A stretch of DNA of 64,000 nucleotides from contig CAWBMV010000013.1 of assembly GCA_963789955.1 (NCBI GenBank), forward strand, positions 1-64,000, given 5' to 3'. How positions within the stretch are numbered: position 1 is the first letter of the stretch; each line of letters opens with the position of its first letter. The notes beneath the pieces were generated by a model, which was not told the origin of the DNA, did no database searches, and saw only the letters and a list, made by a program, of their open reading frames with translations. Origin of the DNA: an uncultured Candidatus Rokubacteria bacterium. GTDB taxonomy: Bacteria; Methylomirabilota; Methylomirabilia; Rokubacteriales; CSP1-6. Shown piece by piece: positions 10,739-21,394 of the stretch. The translations under genes were made by a program, and so were the position numbers.

Positions 10739-10740
10739 CC

Positions 10741-11289
10741 GTGACGAACCCCACCCCCTCGCAAACGGTCGGGCCGTTCTTCGCGCGCGAGCTGATCTGG
10801 AGCGACGGCGGCACGGTCCTGTTCCCCGGGCAGGGCGAGCGCATCACCTTGAAGGGGCGGGTGGTCGACGGCGCCGGCGCGCCGGTCGTCGACGCGCTCT
10901 TCGAGACCTGGCAGGCGGACGCGTCCGGCAAGCTCCCGTCGGGCGGTCAAGGCGATCGCCCGTACGGCTACGGCCGTGTCTCGACAGACGCCGACGGCGG
11001 CTACGCGATCGAGACCGTCGTGCCCGGCGCGTTCAAGAGCCAGAGCGGCGAGACGTACGCGCCCCAGATCAGCGTGACGATCTTCGCGCGCGGCCTCTTG
11101 AAGGCCGTGCAGACGCGGGTGTTCCTGGCCCCGCTCGAGGCGATCAAGGACGATCCCCTGGCCCGCGCGATCGGCGATCCCGAGCGGATCCGGACCTTGA
11201 TCGCGACGCGCGATCCCGGGAATCCCAAGCTCTATCGCTGGGACGTTCGGCTGCGCGGCGCCGGCGAAGCGGTCTTCATCGAGATCTAG
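10741..11289 (+). CDS. pcaG: Protocatechuate 3,4-dioxygenase alpha subunit
   Basis: TPSQTVGPF, ETWQAD, IFARGLL, YRWDVRL. Directly follows pcaH. Confidence 0.93.
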   Translation: MTNPTPSQTVGPFFARELIWSDGGTVLFPGQGERITLKGRVVDGAGAPVVDALFETWQADASGKLPSGGQGDRPYGYGRVSTDADGGYAIETVVPGAFKSQSGETYAPQISVTIFARGLLKAVQTRVFLAPLEAIKDDPLARAIGDPERIRTLIATRDPGNPKLYRWDVRLRGAGEAVFIEI

Positions 11290-11305
11290 CGCGCGAGCGC
11301 CGACC

Positions 11306-12636
11306 CTGAACATCGTCGGCCGCAGCTTCGCGCGCGAGTCGTTCACCCGGGCGCTCTCCGCCGAGGCGTTCGTGCGGGCGATGCTCGACTTCGAGCGCGC
11401 GCTCGCCGGCGCCGAGGCCGAAGCCGGTCTGGTACCGCCGGAAGCCGCCCAGGTCATCGCCAAGGCCTGCGCCGATCTGAGCCTGTCGCCCGACGCGCTC
11501 GCCGCCGAGGGCAAGCGCTCCGGCTCGCTCGCGGTTCCGCTCGTCAAGGCGCTCACCGAGCACGTCGCCCGGGTGGACCGCGCGCGGCGGCCTTCGTGCA
11601 CTTCGGCTCGACGAGCCAGGACGTGCTCGACACCGCGCTGGTCCTGTGCCTGAAGCCGTGCCTCGCCGACGCCGATGGCGTGCTCGCTGGAGTCGGTGAG
11701 CCGTCTGGCCGCCCACGCGCGCCGTCATGCCGGCGCCGTGATGCTCGGCCGCACGCTCATGCAACCGGCCACGCCGATCACGGCCGGCGTGAAGATCGCG
11801 CGCTGGGCGGCGGCGCTCCATCGCTGCCGCCTGCGTCTGGCCGAGACGCGGGAGCGCGCGCTGTGCATCCAGCTCGGCGGCGCCGTCGGCACGCTCGACG
11901 CGATCGGCGGCAAGCGCGCCATGGTGCGCAACGGCCTCGCGATGCGCCTGCGCCTGCACGAGGCGCGTGCCTGGCACGACCAGCGCGACGAGCTGGTGCG
12001 CCTGATGGCCGAGCTGGCGATCGTCACGACCACCGTGGGCAAGATCGCGCGCGACGTCTCGCTGCTCTCGCAGGCCGAGGTCGGCGAGATGCTCGAGGCG
12101 GCACCGGTGAAGGGCGTCGGTGGCTCGAGCGCCATGCCCCACAAGCGCAACCCGGTCGCCTGTCTTCAGGCGCTGACCGCCGCCGCTCGCGTGCCCGGCC
12201 TGATGGCGACCGTGCTCTCGAGCTCAGTCGGCGAGCACGAGCGCGCGCTGGGCGGCTGGCAAGCCGAGCTGGTGACCATTCCCGAGCTGCTCGACGCCAC
12301 CGGCAGCGCGCTCGACGCGCTCGAACGCATCGCCGGCGGGCTCGTGGTGAACCCGGAGCGCATGAAGGCCAATCTCGAAGCGCTCCAGGGTCTGGTGTTC
12401 TCCGAGCGCCTCGCCCGCTGATCGCTCGCGAGACCGACCGCGCCAGCGCGCTGGCACTCGTCGACGACTGGTCGGCGGTGGCCGTCAAGGAGCGCCGCCA
12501 CCTCAAGGACGTCGCCGTGGCCGCGCGGCCGTCGCTGGCCGGGCGGATCGACGACGTGTTCTCGTTCGAGGCGGTCGTCGCCGAGCTCATCCCCGTGCTC
12601 GACGAGACGCTCGCGGGGCTCCCGCCTGACGCCTGA
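11306..12636 (+). CDS. pcaB: 3-carboxy-cis,cis-muconate cycloisomerase; several frameshifts, start uncertain
   Basis: AMLDFERALA, VHFGSTSQDVLDTA, GRTLMQ, GGSSAMPHKRNPV (fumarate-lyase signature) and HERALGGWQAE, spread over several frames. Follows pcaHG. Confidence 0.85.
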
Positions 12637-12675
12637 GCCGGAAACCGTGTGGGTATACTGTGATGTTGTCAGCCA

Positions 12676-13783
12676 TGAGCGCCGATCGGACTCCCCTCGT
12701 CGACACCGCGGCGGCAACGTGGCTCGCAGGTGGCGGCAAGATGGGAGAGCGCATCGGCGCGCTCGACTGGGCCTCGACTCCCCTCGGTCCAGTGACCAGC
12801 TGGCCCCAGAGCCTGCGCAGCGCCATCAGTATCCTGCTGCCCTCGAAGGCGCAGATCTGCATGTTCTGGGGGCCCGATCTCGTCAGGCTCTACAACGACG
12901 CCTACATCCCGGTGCTGGGCAGTAAGCACGGGACCGTTCTCGGCCGCCCGGGCCGCGAAGTGTGGCACGAGATCTGGGACGTGCTGGGGCCGCTGCTGAA
13001 GGGCGTTATCGACACGGGCGAGGCGTTTCGCGCCTCGGACCGACCACCCCTTCTACGTGGTCCGACACGGGTTCGCCGAAGAGACCTACTTCGATGTTTC
13101 CTACGATCCCGTGCGTGACGAGGCCGGCGCGCAGTTCGGCGCCTTCTTCTACAACCTCGTCGATGACAAGGGCGAGTCGTACACCCTCTACACGATCTCG
13201 GGCGTCCCGCGCGCCGAGTTCGACAAGTTTCCGTTGCCGCGCAACACGGCGCTGTCCGGGCCGACGTTCCGCGGGGAGCGCATCATCCGCCTCGACGACG
13301 TGACGCAGGACCCCCGCTACGGGCAGAACGCGCCCCACCACGGGATGCCGCGCGGACATCTGCCGGTGACGAGCTATCTGGCGGTCCCGGGGCCAGGCAC
13401 TACTACGCGGGCTGCGGATCCTCGTGGTCGATGACGACCGCGACGGGCTCGAGATGGTCGCGACCATGTTGATGAACGGCGGCGCCGAAGTCCGGACGTG
13501 CGCGTCGGCCGCCGAAGGTCTCGACGCGATGCGGACCTGGCGGCCGGACGTGCTGATCTCCGACATCGAGATGCCCCGTGAGGACGGCTACACGTTCATC
13601 CGCCGGGTGCGCACGATCGATGGCGGCGCGTTCGTCCGGACGCCGGCCGTCGCGCTCACCGCGTATGGTCGCGTCCAGGACCGGCTCCGCACGCTCTCCG
13701 CGGGCTTCAGCATGCACGTGCCCAAGCCCGTCGATCCGGCCGAGCTCACGATCGTCGTCGCCAACCTGGCCGGCCGGACCTAG
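12676..13783 (+). pseudogene. Relic of a hybrid sensor histidine kinase: PAS-like N-terminus, GAF fragment and receiver domain; kinase core absent
   Basis: GGGKMGERIGALDWASTPLGP..WPQSL, then AQFGAFFYN...[11 protein letters not shown], then [11 protein letters not shown]...ISDIEMP...HVPKPVDP. No H-box or HATPase motifs. Confidence 0.7.
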
Positions 13784-13802
13784 CGCTGGCCGGTCGCGCG
13801 GA

Positions 13803-14879
13803 CTACGTCACCGCCTGCTGGCGGAGCGCATGGTCCGCGATGACCAGGGCGGTCATCGCCTCGACCATGGATACGGCCCGCGGAAGCACGCACGGATCGT
13901 GGCGACCGCGCCCCTGGATGGTCGTCTCCTCGCGGCGGATGTCGACGGTGTGCTGCTCGCGCATGATCGTCGCCGTCGGCTTGAACGCCACGCGGAAGTA
14001 GATCGTCTCGCCGTTGGTGATGCCGCCCTGCACGCCGCCCGAGCGGTTGGTGCGGGTCCGGATGCGACCGTTCTCCACATAGAACTCGTCGTTGTGCTCG
14101 GCGCCCGTGAGATCGGTCCCGGCGAAGCCCGAGCCGATCTCGAAGCCCTTGCTCGCGGGCAAGCTCATCACCGCCTTGGCGAGGTCGGCCTCGAGCCGAT
14201 CGAACACCGGCTCGCCCCACCCGGCCGGACAGCCGCGCACCGCGCAGGTGACGATGCCGCCGAGCGAGTTGCCGTCCTTGCGCGCGGCCTCGACGGCCGC
14301 GATCATGCGCTCGGCAACGACCAGGTCCGGGCAGCGGATCGGCGTCGTGTCGACCTGCTCGCGCGTCACCTTCTCGTGATCGCACTCGGCGACGAGCCGC
14401 CCGACCTTCGAGACCCACGCCACGACCGTCACGTTGAAGCGCGTGGTGAGGAGCTTGCGCGCGATCGCGGCGGCCGCGACGCGACCGGCGGTCTCGCGCG
14501 CGCTCGTCCGGCCGCCGCCGCGCCAGTCACGCACGCCGTACTTCGCGTCGTACGTGTAGTCGGCGTGGCTCGGCCGGTACTTCTCGCGCACCTCACGGTA
14601 GTCACCCGGCCGCATGTCCTCGTTCGGAATCAGCAGGCTGATCGGCGTGCCGAGCGTTTGTCCTTCGAAGACGCCCGACAGGATCTGCACCGTGTCGGAC
14701 TCCTTGCGCTGGGTCACGAGCGCGCTCTGCCCGGGCGCGCGGCGGTCGAGGTCCGGCTGGATGTCCGCGGCGGACAGCGGCAGCCGCGACGGGCAGCCGT
14801 CCACGACGGCGCCGATGGCGCCCCCGTGCGACTCTCCCCACGTCGTCACGCGAAAGAGCTGCCCCCAGGTGTTACCCAT
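13803..14879 (-). CDS. aroC: Chorismate synthase
   Basis: [51 protein letters not shown]. Confidence 0.97.
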   Translation of the reverse strand: MGNTWGQLFRVTTWGESHGGAIGAVVDGCPSRLPLSAADIQPDLDRRAPGQSALVTQRKESDTVQILSGVFEGQTLGTPISLLIPNEDMRPGDYREVREKYRPSHADYTYDAKYGVRDWRGGGRTSARETAGRVAAAAIARKLLTTRFNVTVVAWVSKVGRLVAECDHEKVTREQVDTTPIRCPDLVVAERMIAAVEAARKDGNSLGGIVTCAVRGCPAGWGEPVFDRLEADLAKAVMSLPASKGFEIGSGFAGTDLTGAEHNDEFYVENGRIRTRTNRSGGVQGGITNGETIYFRVAFKPTATIMREQHTVDIRREETTIQGRGRHDPCVLPRAVSMVEAMTALVIADHALRQQAVT

Positions 14880-14980
14880 GCGTCGAGGATACGCTGCGAA
14901 ATTGCCCTTCGACAAGCCGGCCGGAGCCGAGTAGGCTTCGGCCGAGATCGGGCCAAATCCCAGCTTCGAGGAGAGCACCC

Positions 14981-15451
14981 ATGGATCTTTCACGTCGTGA
15001 GCTCGCGGTTGCCAGCGCGGTCGCGCTCGCTGTTCCCGGGCTTCTGCTCGGCGGCTTCTCGGGTGCCGAAGCCTCGGCCGACGAGGCGGCGGTCGCCGAG
15101 AACGTCGAGGTCCTGCGCAAAGCGATCCTCGCCGCCGACAAGAGCAAGCTCGAGCAGGTCGCGTCCGGTCAGATCAGCTACGGCCATTCCGACGGCCGGG
15201 TCCAGACCAAGGAGGAATTCATCAACGGGGTGGTGACCCGCAAGCAGACCGTCAAGTCGCTCGCGTTCCCGGACCTCAAGATCGCCGTGGTCGGCAACGC
15301 CGCCGTCGCGCGCCACATCTACCTGGCCGAATCCGAGCTCAACGGCAAGGCGACGACCACGAGGATCGGCGCGCTCCAGGTCTGGCAAAAGCAGGACGGC
15401 GCCTGGAAGCTGCTGGCGCGGCAGGGATTCAGGCTGCCGGCCAGACTCTGA
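14981..15451 (+). CDS. NTF2-like/DUF4440 protein with putative Tat signal
   Basis: LSRRELA signal, [32 protein letters not shown]. Confidence 0.82.
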   Translation: MDLSRRELAVASAVALAVPGLLLGGFSGAEASADEAAVAENVEVLRKAILAADKSKLEQVASGQISYGHSDGRVQTKEEFINGVVTRKQTVKSLAFPDLKIAVVGNAAVARHIYLAESELNGKATTTRIGALQVWQKQDGAWKLLARQGFRLPARL

Positions 15452-15463
15452 GCCGGCGCGCGG

Positions 15464-16627
15464 CTACGCGCGCTTGAACGCCGGCATCACCTGCTTGGAG
15501 AAGCGCTCGAGCTGCTCGAGAATCACCGCCTCGGGCGTGCCGACGGGCTGACCGACGTTGACCACCTCGAGCCCAGGATACTTGTGCTCGATCTCCTTCA
15601 GCTGCTCGGTGATCTGCTCGGCCGGCCCGACGAGCCACGTGCCCGCCTTGATCGCGTTGCGCAGGGTCGGTAGCCCGGCCTGACGCGCGCGCTTGGGGTC
15701 GGCGACCGCGTCGATCTGCTCCGGCGTGAGGCCCGGCACGAACCCGAGCGGCGCGAACATCTTGATGTTCTCCTCGAAGAACGGCGTCGCCTCCTTGATG
15801 CCCTGCTCGACGCTGTCGGCGATGTAGAACGAAAACCCGATGCAGAGATCGCCGCCGAGCTTGGTGTCCCGCCCGGCCCGCGCCCGCGCCTCACGGAACG
15901 CGTGCACGACCTTCTCGTTGGCTCCCCCCTGCGCCGCGCCGCCGCCGATGATGCCCTTGATGTTGTGCTTGGCCATGAAGTCCAGCGCCCGCGCGCTCGC
16001 GCTCACGACCGGCTGCCAGCACTCGACGGGCAAGGTCTTGGGACGCGGCACGAGCGAGATCTCCTGGAGATCGTAGCCGCGGTAGGGCACGTGCGGCGGG
16101 AGCGTGTAGTACTTGCCCTTGTGCGAGAACGCACGCTGGTTGAACGATTTGAAGATGACGTCGACCTGCTCCTCGAAGAGCTCGCGGTTGGCGTCCTGGT
16201 CGAGCAGCGGCGCGCCGAACACCTCGACCTCGCGCGTGTGATATCCGCGCCCCACCCCGAAGACGACGCGGCCGCCGGTCAATCGGTCGGCGGTGGCGTA
16301 GTCCTCGGCCATCCGGAGTGGATGCCACATCGGGGCGATGTTGAAGCCGCACCCGATCTTGATGTGCTGCGTGATGTGGCAGAGGTGCAGCGCCAGCATC
16401 AGGATGTTCGGGATGCACTCGTAGCCCTCGCGCTGGAAGTGATGCTCGGCCAGCCAGAAGGTGTCGTAGCCGGTCCGATCCATCAGCTTCGCGATCGCCT
16501 CGCTCTTGGGGAACACGCTCGCCAGCTGCTCGTCGGAAAGCCAGCGGTCGTTCGCCGCCGTGCCCTCCAGCCCTTCGTTGTCGAGATCGACGTGCCCCGC
16601 GAACAAGCTGCCGAATTTCGTGATCAT
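15464..16627 (-). CDS. Luciferase-like (LLM class) flavin-dependent oxidoreductase
   Basis: GYDTFWLAEHHF, WHPLRMAED, GRVVFGVGRGY, LERFSKQVMPAF. ATGA overlap with the upstream gene. Confidence 0.9.
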   Translation of the reverse strand: MITKFGSLFAGHVDLDNEGLEGTAANDRWLSDEQLASVFPKSEAIAKLMDRTGYDTFWLAEHHFQREGYECIPNILMLALHLCHITQHIKIGCGFNIAPMWHPLRMAEDYATADRLTGGRVVFGVGRGYHTREVEVFGAPLLDQDANRELFEEQVDVIFKSFNQRAFSHKGKYYTLPPHVPYRGYDLQEISLVPRPKTLPVECWQPVVSASARALDFMAKHNIKGIIGGGAAQGGANEKVVHAFREARARAGRDTKLGGDLCIGFSFYIADSVEQGIKEATPFFEENIKMFAPLGFVPGLTPEQIDAVADPKRARQAGLPTLRNAIKAGTWLVGPAEQITEQLKEIEHKYPGLEVVNVGQPVGTPEAVILEQLERFSKQVMPAFKRA

Positions 16628-17460
16628 GCTTGGCCTCCTGGCCGCTTCCAGCCGAGCCAGTCCACGACCGCGCCGCCCATCACGCGCTCGAGGTCTCGGC
16701 CTTTCAGCCATGGTAGCTCCTCGGTGAACATCGTCACGCATTGCCGGTATGAGCACGGCATGCGCGTGATATCGGTGCCCCAGAACGAGCGCTCCGGCCC
16801 GAACGCCTCGAAGATCTGCCGCAGGTAGCCGTGGATGTTCTTGTACGGATAGGGCTGGCTCGAGTAGCTCGGCGCGCCGGACATCTTGATCGCGACGTTG
16901 GGATACGTGGCCATCGCGAGCGTGTCCTTGAGATCGGCAAAGGCCGCGTCGTCGGTGAGCCCGGTGCCGCCACCGTGGCGTCCGAGGTGATCGATGTGCA
17001 GCTTCAGTCGCGGATGCCGCTCGGCGATCTTCGCCAGCGCCGCCATCTGCCCGCCGGCCAGCAACCCGATCGGCAAGCCCGCCCGCTCGCAGGCCGTCCA
17101 GAACCAGTCCAGCGAGCCGTCCGTCCACCAGGCTTTCTGCCGCGGCTGGTTGAACGTGAACCGAAACCCGAGCATGCCCGGCCGCTCGCGCCAGTGCGCG
17201 ACGATGCGCTCGCGATCAGGGCTTTCGAGGTCGAAATGCCCGAGGATGCAAAACTTGGCCGGATGCCGCCGGACCGCATCGACGGCGAGCACGTTGACCG
17301 GCTCGCCGAGCGAGCTGGGCGGATGGATCACCGCGCAGTCGACGCCGGCGGAGGCCATCTCGGCCAGCGCGTCGTCGACCGAATACGTCGGGATCTGGCG
17401 GTGGTGGGCGCTCATCTTGCCGTTCTGCCAGAGATGGATCTGCGAATCGACTATCAGCAT
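16624..17460 (-). CDS. Amidohydrolase family protein (lactonase-like)
   Basis: IVDSQIHLW, IDHLG, NVAIKMSG, FGPERSFWGTD. AGGAGG RBS. Confidence 0.88.
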   Translation of the reverse strand: MLIVDSQIHLWQNGKMSAHHRQIPTYSVDDALAEMASAGVDCAVIHPPSSLGEPVNVLAVDAVRRHPAKFCILGHFDLESPDRERIVAHWRERPGMLGFRFTFNQPRQKAWWTDGSLDWFWTACERAGLPIGLLAGGQMAALAKIAERHPRLKLHIDHLGRHGGGTGLTDDAAFADLKDTLAMATYPNVAIKMSGAPSYSSQPYPYKNIHGYLRQIFEAFGPERSFWGTDITRMPCSYRQCVTMFTEELPWLKGRDLERVMGGAVVDWLGWKRPGGQA

Positions 17461-17703
17461 GGCGTCCTCCTGATCCGCGGTAAAGCTTACCTCAAACGCC
17501 GCGCGCTCCGTGTCGCTGCCCACCGATCGAGCACTCCGCGCCGGTCTCCCGACGCTGTTGACCTGCGCCCGTCAGGATGGTCAAATTGGGCCCCGATATT
17601 TAGGGTCTCTATGTCGCTTTTGCTACGAAGCTCCGTGCTCTCGAAGCTCGGCGGCGCCCCCGGGTCGCGAAAAACTCCGCGCGTGTCGCTCTGGAGCCTC
17701 GTG

Positions 17704-19710
17704 ATGCCGGGACGCGGCGCTCTGGTCCAGGGCGTCCTGGCGTTCTGTCTCTTCGAGGCGGCCTTCTACTTCGCCTATCGCTACGGCATGTCCTTCAGCC
17801 AGGCCGTCGCGTCGCCGTTCTGGTTTCCCGATTCGGTGTTGTTGTGCGCGCTGCTGCTGACGCGACGCGGCCTGTGGCCGATCTTCGTCCTCGGCGTGCT
17901 GCCCATCCGACTCTTCTCGGAGGTGGCCCGCGACATTCCGCTCTGGTTCTTGCTGGCCACGTACGCGATCGACTCGGCCAGAGGCATCCTCACGGCGCTC
18001 GCGCTCCGCCGGGTCATGCGAAATCCTGTTCGCTTCGACAGCGTTCAAGAGTTCGCCGCGTTTTGCTTGTGGGCGGTGCTGCTGATCCCGACGGCTTCGG
18101 CCTTCGCCGGGGCATTCGCGCGCCAGGCTCTCGGCCACGAGTTCTGGTCGGCCTGGGAACAGTGGTTCCTGGGCAACGCGCTCGCCCACCTTGTCGTGAC
18201 CCCCGTGATCCTCTACTGGGTGCTCGGCGCGCTCGGGGACATCCGCGCCTCGAGCGCCAAGCGCCGGCTCGAAGGCGGCCTGCTGGCGATCGGCCTGGTC
18301 GTCAGCGGCTATCTGGCCTTCGGCACGCACTCCGGCTCGCTCAGCTTCGCGGAGCCGCGCTTCTATGCGCCGGTGCCGTTCCTCTTCTGGGCGGCGATCC
18401 GGTTCGGCATGGCTGGCGCCTCCGGCGCGGTCGCGATCATCGCGTTGCTGTCGGTCGAGGCCGCCCTCGAGGGGCGCGGGCCGTTCTCCGGGCAGTCGCC
18501 GGCTGGCACGGCGCTGGCGCTCCAGCATTTCCTCCTGCTGCGGGCCGCTCCGCTCTATCTGATTGCCATTCTCAGCGAGCAGCGAAAGAGCGTCGAGCAG
18601 TCGTTGCGAGAGAGCCAGGAACGGATGAGCCTGGCCGCGACCGCCGCCGACCTCTGGCTCTGGGAGTGGGATCTGGTCGAGGATCAGATCTGGCTCACCA
18701 ATCCGAGCGGGGGGCGCGAGGGCCTCGGGAGATTCGCCCCGATGCGCTTCGACACGTTCATGCAACGGGTTCACCCCGACGACCGCGCGGCGCTCATCGA
18801 CGGCGTCGCGCAATGCACGAGCGGGGCCGACTATGAGGGCAAATATCGCATCACGCTCGGCGGCCGGTTGCGATGGATCGCGACGGTCGGTCACGTCGAG
18901 CTCGACGCTGCGCGCAAACCCGTCCGGATCCGCGGGATCTCGCGGGACATCACGCACAACCAGCGTGTGGAGCAGCAGGTCCAGCAGCAGCGTGACGAGC
19001 TCGCCCAGCTGTCGCGCGTCGCGGTGCTCGGCGAGCTGTCCGGGTCCCTGGCGCACGAGCTGAATCAACCCCTGACCGCGATCCTCACCAATGCGCAGGC
19101 GGCGCAGCGCTTTCTCGCCCAGGACCGGGCCGACCCGAAGGACATTCGCGAGATTCTCAGCGACATCGTCGCAGACGATCAGCGCGCGGCCGGGATCATC
19201 CAGCGGCTGCGGGAGCTGTTCCAGCGTGGCGAGACGCAGCACCAGCCGATCGACGTGAACGAGCTGGTGCGTGATGCCCTGAGGCTCGTGCAGGGCGAGC
19301 TGGCCGCCCACGGCGTGGACGTCGTCACGGAGCCGGCGGCCGATCTCCCGCTGGCCAGCGGCGATCGGGTCCAGCTGCAGCAGCTGCTCGCCAATCTGAT
19401 CACCAACGCCTGCCACGCCATGGCCGAGGTCTCGACGTCCGGCCGACGGCTCGTCATCTGCACCGGGTTCGCCGACGGCGGGGGCGTACGCGTCACCGTC
19501 GCGGACTCGGGGCCGGGCATTCCACCCGATTGCCTCGCCCGCATCTTCGAGCCGTTCTTCACCACGCGGCGCGAAGGAATGGGGCTCGGCCTCACAGTGT
19601 GCCGCACGATCATTCGCGTCCACCGCGGCACCCTCTGGGCCGAGAACAACGCCGACGGCGGAGCAAGCTTTCACTTCGTCTTGCCGCCCGCAGAGTCGAC
19701 AGAGACCTAG
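17704..19710 (+). CDS. MASE1-PAS sensor histidine kinase (FixL/NtrB-like); start uncertain (17611 or 17704)
   Basis: N-terminal TM region (SPFWFP), PAS (VHPDDR), H-box LAHELNQPL, NLITNA, DSGPGI, FEPFFTT, GMGLGL. Confidence 0.9.
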   Translation: MPGRGALVQGVLAFCLFEAAFYFAYRYGMSFSQAVASPFWFPDSVLLCALLLTRRGLWPIFVLGVLPIRLFSEVARDIPLWFLLATYAIDSARGILTALALRRVMRNPVRFDSVQEFAAFCLWAVLLIPTASAFAGAFARQALGHEFWSAWEQWFLGNALAHLVVTPVILYWVLGALGDIRASSAKRRLEGGLLAIGLVVSGYLAFGTHSGSLSFAEPRFYAPVPFLFWAAIRFGMAGASGAVAIIALLSVEAALEGRGPFSGQSPAGTALALQHFLLLRAAPLYLIAILSEQRKSVEQSLRESQERMSLAATAADLWLWEWDLVEDQIWLTNPSGGREGLGRFAPMRFDTFMQRVHPDDRAALIDGVAQCTSGADYEGKYRITLGGRLRWIATVGHVELDAARKPVRIRGISRDITHNQRVEQQVQQQRDELAQLSRVAVLGELSGSLAHELNQPLTAILTNAQAAQRFLAQDRADPKDIREILSDIVADDQRAAGIIQRLRELFQRGETQHQPIDVNELVRDALRLVQGELAAHGVDVVTEPAADLPLASGDRVQLQQLLANLITNACHAMAEVSTSGRRLVICTGFADGGGVRVTVADSGPGIPPDCLARIFEPFFTTRREGMGLGLTVCRTIIRVHRGTLWAENNADGGASFHFVLPPAESTET

Positions 19711-19731
19711 CCCACTTCTCAGGAGGAGATC

Positions 19732-20697
19732 GTGACCAAGATCCTCACGCCCCCGCAACCCGCCCCGGTCATGGAAATCGCGCGCGAGCTGCTCCCACCC
19801 GGCATGGAGCTGGTCGTGGTCGACCCGGGCAAGCCCGAGTTCTACGACGCCGCCGCCGACGCCGAGTACTACCTGGGCTCACCGCGCACCGGGATCGGCA
19901 ACGAGTTCTTCCGCGCCGCGCCCAGGCTGAAGCTCGTGCAGCTGACCAGCGCCGGTTACGATCGCGTCGACATCGAGGCGGCGCGCAAGGCCAAGGTGCC
20001 CGTCGCCAACAACGGCGGCGCGAACTCGGTCGCCGTCGCCGAGCACGCCGTGATGCTCATGCTCGCGGTACTCAAGAAGCTCGTGTGGCACCACAACAAC
20101 GTCGTCGCCGGCAAGTGGCGCACCGGGGACTTCGCCGCGACCCGCACCTACGAGGTGGAGGGCAAGCGCCTGGGCATCGTCGGCCTCGGCAACATCGGCA
20201 AGAAAGTGGCGCGCCGGGTTCAGGGCTTCGACATGGACGTGCGCTACTTCGACATTCTCCGGCTCACCGAAGACCAGGAAGATGCGCTCGGCGTGCGCTT
20301 CACCCTGTTCACCGAGCTCCTGCGCACCTGTGACGTCGTGACCCTGCACGTGCCCCTCAACGACGTCACCCGCAAGATGATGTCGACGCGGGAGTTCGCG
20401 ATGATGAAGCGCACCGCGATCCTCATCAACACGTGCCGCGGTCCGGTCGTCGACGAGAGCGCGCTGCACCAGGCGCTCACGTCCGGGACGATCGCCGCCG
20501 CCGGCCTGGACGTGATGGTGGAGGAGCCGCCGGCGCCGAATCACCCGCTGTTCTCGCTGCCGAACGTCACGCTCTCGCCGCACAGCGCCGGACCGACGTG
20601 GGACAACTGGACGAAGGCGTATCGCAACGGCTTCGACAACATCCAGCGCATGGAGGCCGGGCGGGCGCCGCTCTGGGTCGTCCCCGAGCTCAGGTAA
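19732..20697 (+). CDS. D-2-hydroxyacid dehydrogenase family protein
   Basis: SVAVAEH, GIVGLGNIG, LHVPL, INTCRG, GLDV, SPHSAG. Confidence 0.92.
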   Translation: MTKILTPPQPAPVMEIARELLPPGMELVVVDPGKPEFYDAAADAEYYLGSPRTGIGNEFFRAAPRLKLVQLTSAGYDRVDIEAARKAKVPVANNGGANSVAVAEHAVMLMLAVLKKLVWHHNNVVAGKWRTGDFAATRTYEVEGKRLGIVGLGNIGKKVARRVQGFDMDVRYFDILRLTEDQEDALGVRFTLFTELLRTCDVVTLHVPLNDVTRKMMSTREFAMMKRTAILINTCRGPVVDESALHQALTSGTIAAAGLDVMVEEPPAPNHPLFSLPNVTLSPHSAGPTWDNWTKAYRNGFDNIQRMEAGRAPLWVVPELR

Positions 20698-21283
20698 GAA
20701 TGAGAACGATCGAGACCGCCAGCAGCAGTCCCATCGCGACGTTGAAGATCCTCAGCCGGCGCCGGCTCCGCAGCAGGCGCTGGACCGTGGCGCCGAAGGC
20801 CAGCCATACGAGCCCGCTCGGCAACGCCACGAGGAAGAACAACCCGCCGAGATAGACGGACTGCGTGACCGGGCTCCCCGCCCCCGCGCTGAGAAACGTC
20901 CCCGCCGCGCTCGCGCTCACCAGCCACGACTTCGGGTTGACCCACTGAAAGCCCGCGGCCTGGAGATAGCCCACGCCCTGGCGATCGGCGGTCGTCTCGC
21001 CGCTCGACGTCGCGATCTTCCACGAGAGCCAGAGGAGAAAGGCCGCGCCGCCCCAGTTGAGCGCCTTCAGCGCGACGGGATAGCGGAGCATCACGCTCCC
21101 CAGCCCGAGCGGCACCAGAAACATCATGAGGCCCATGCCGCTCGCGACACCCAGCAGGCACGGCAGCCCGTGCAGGAGACCGACATTCGCACCGGCGGCC
21201 GTCAGCATGATGTTGCTCGGCCCCGGCGTGACCGCGGCCACCACCGCGAAGAGAAGAAACGCGACGACTTGCTCCGTGGTCGT
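20690..21283 (-). CDS. LysE family translocator
   Basis: TPGPSN and FQWVNPK motifs. The frame extends upstream to an ACG codon at 21283 that follows AGGAG; the first canonical start is GTG at 21244. Confidence 0.85.
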   Translation of the reverse strand, partial: TTTEQVVAFLLFAVVAAVTPGPSNIMLTAAGANVGLLHGLPCLLGVASGMGLMMFLVPLGLGSVMLRYPVALKALNWGGAAFLLWLSWKIATSSGETTADRQGVGYLQAAGFQWVNPKSWLVSASAAGTFLSAGAGSPVTQSVYLGGLFFLVALPSGLVWLAFGATVQRLLRSRRRLRIFNVAMGLLLAVSIVLILT

Positions 21284-21394
21284 ACTCTATCTCCTGTGCG
21301 CTCCAAGGAGACCAGATCCGGCGGCGAGGGTCTTGAACGATCGTGCGAGCGTCCGTCCGGAGCCTGGATCGCCAGCGCCAAGCCGGCCGACGGC

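Noticed and set aside
12418..12421. TGA in pcaB, and TGA near 36203 in the STAND gene, as possible further Sec codons
   Set aside because: The protein continues in a different frame and there is no Cys-type motif, so these are indels rather than read-through.
17623..19758. 711-aa minus-strand ORF and the many similar long Arg/Ala/Pro-rich overlapping ORFs
   Set aside because: Stop-poor shadow frames expected in high-GC DNA; they overlap motif-supported genes.
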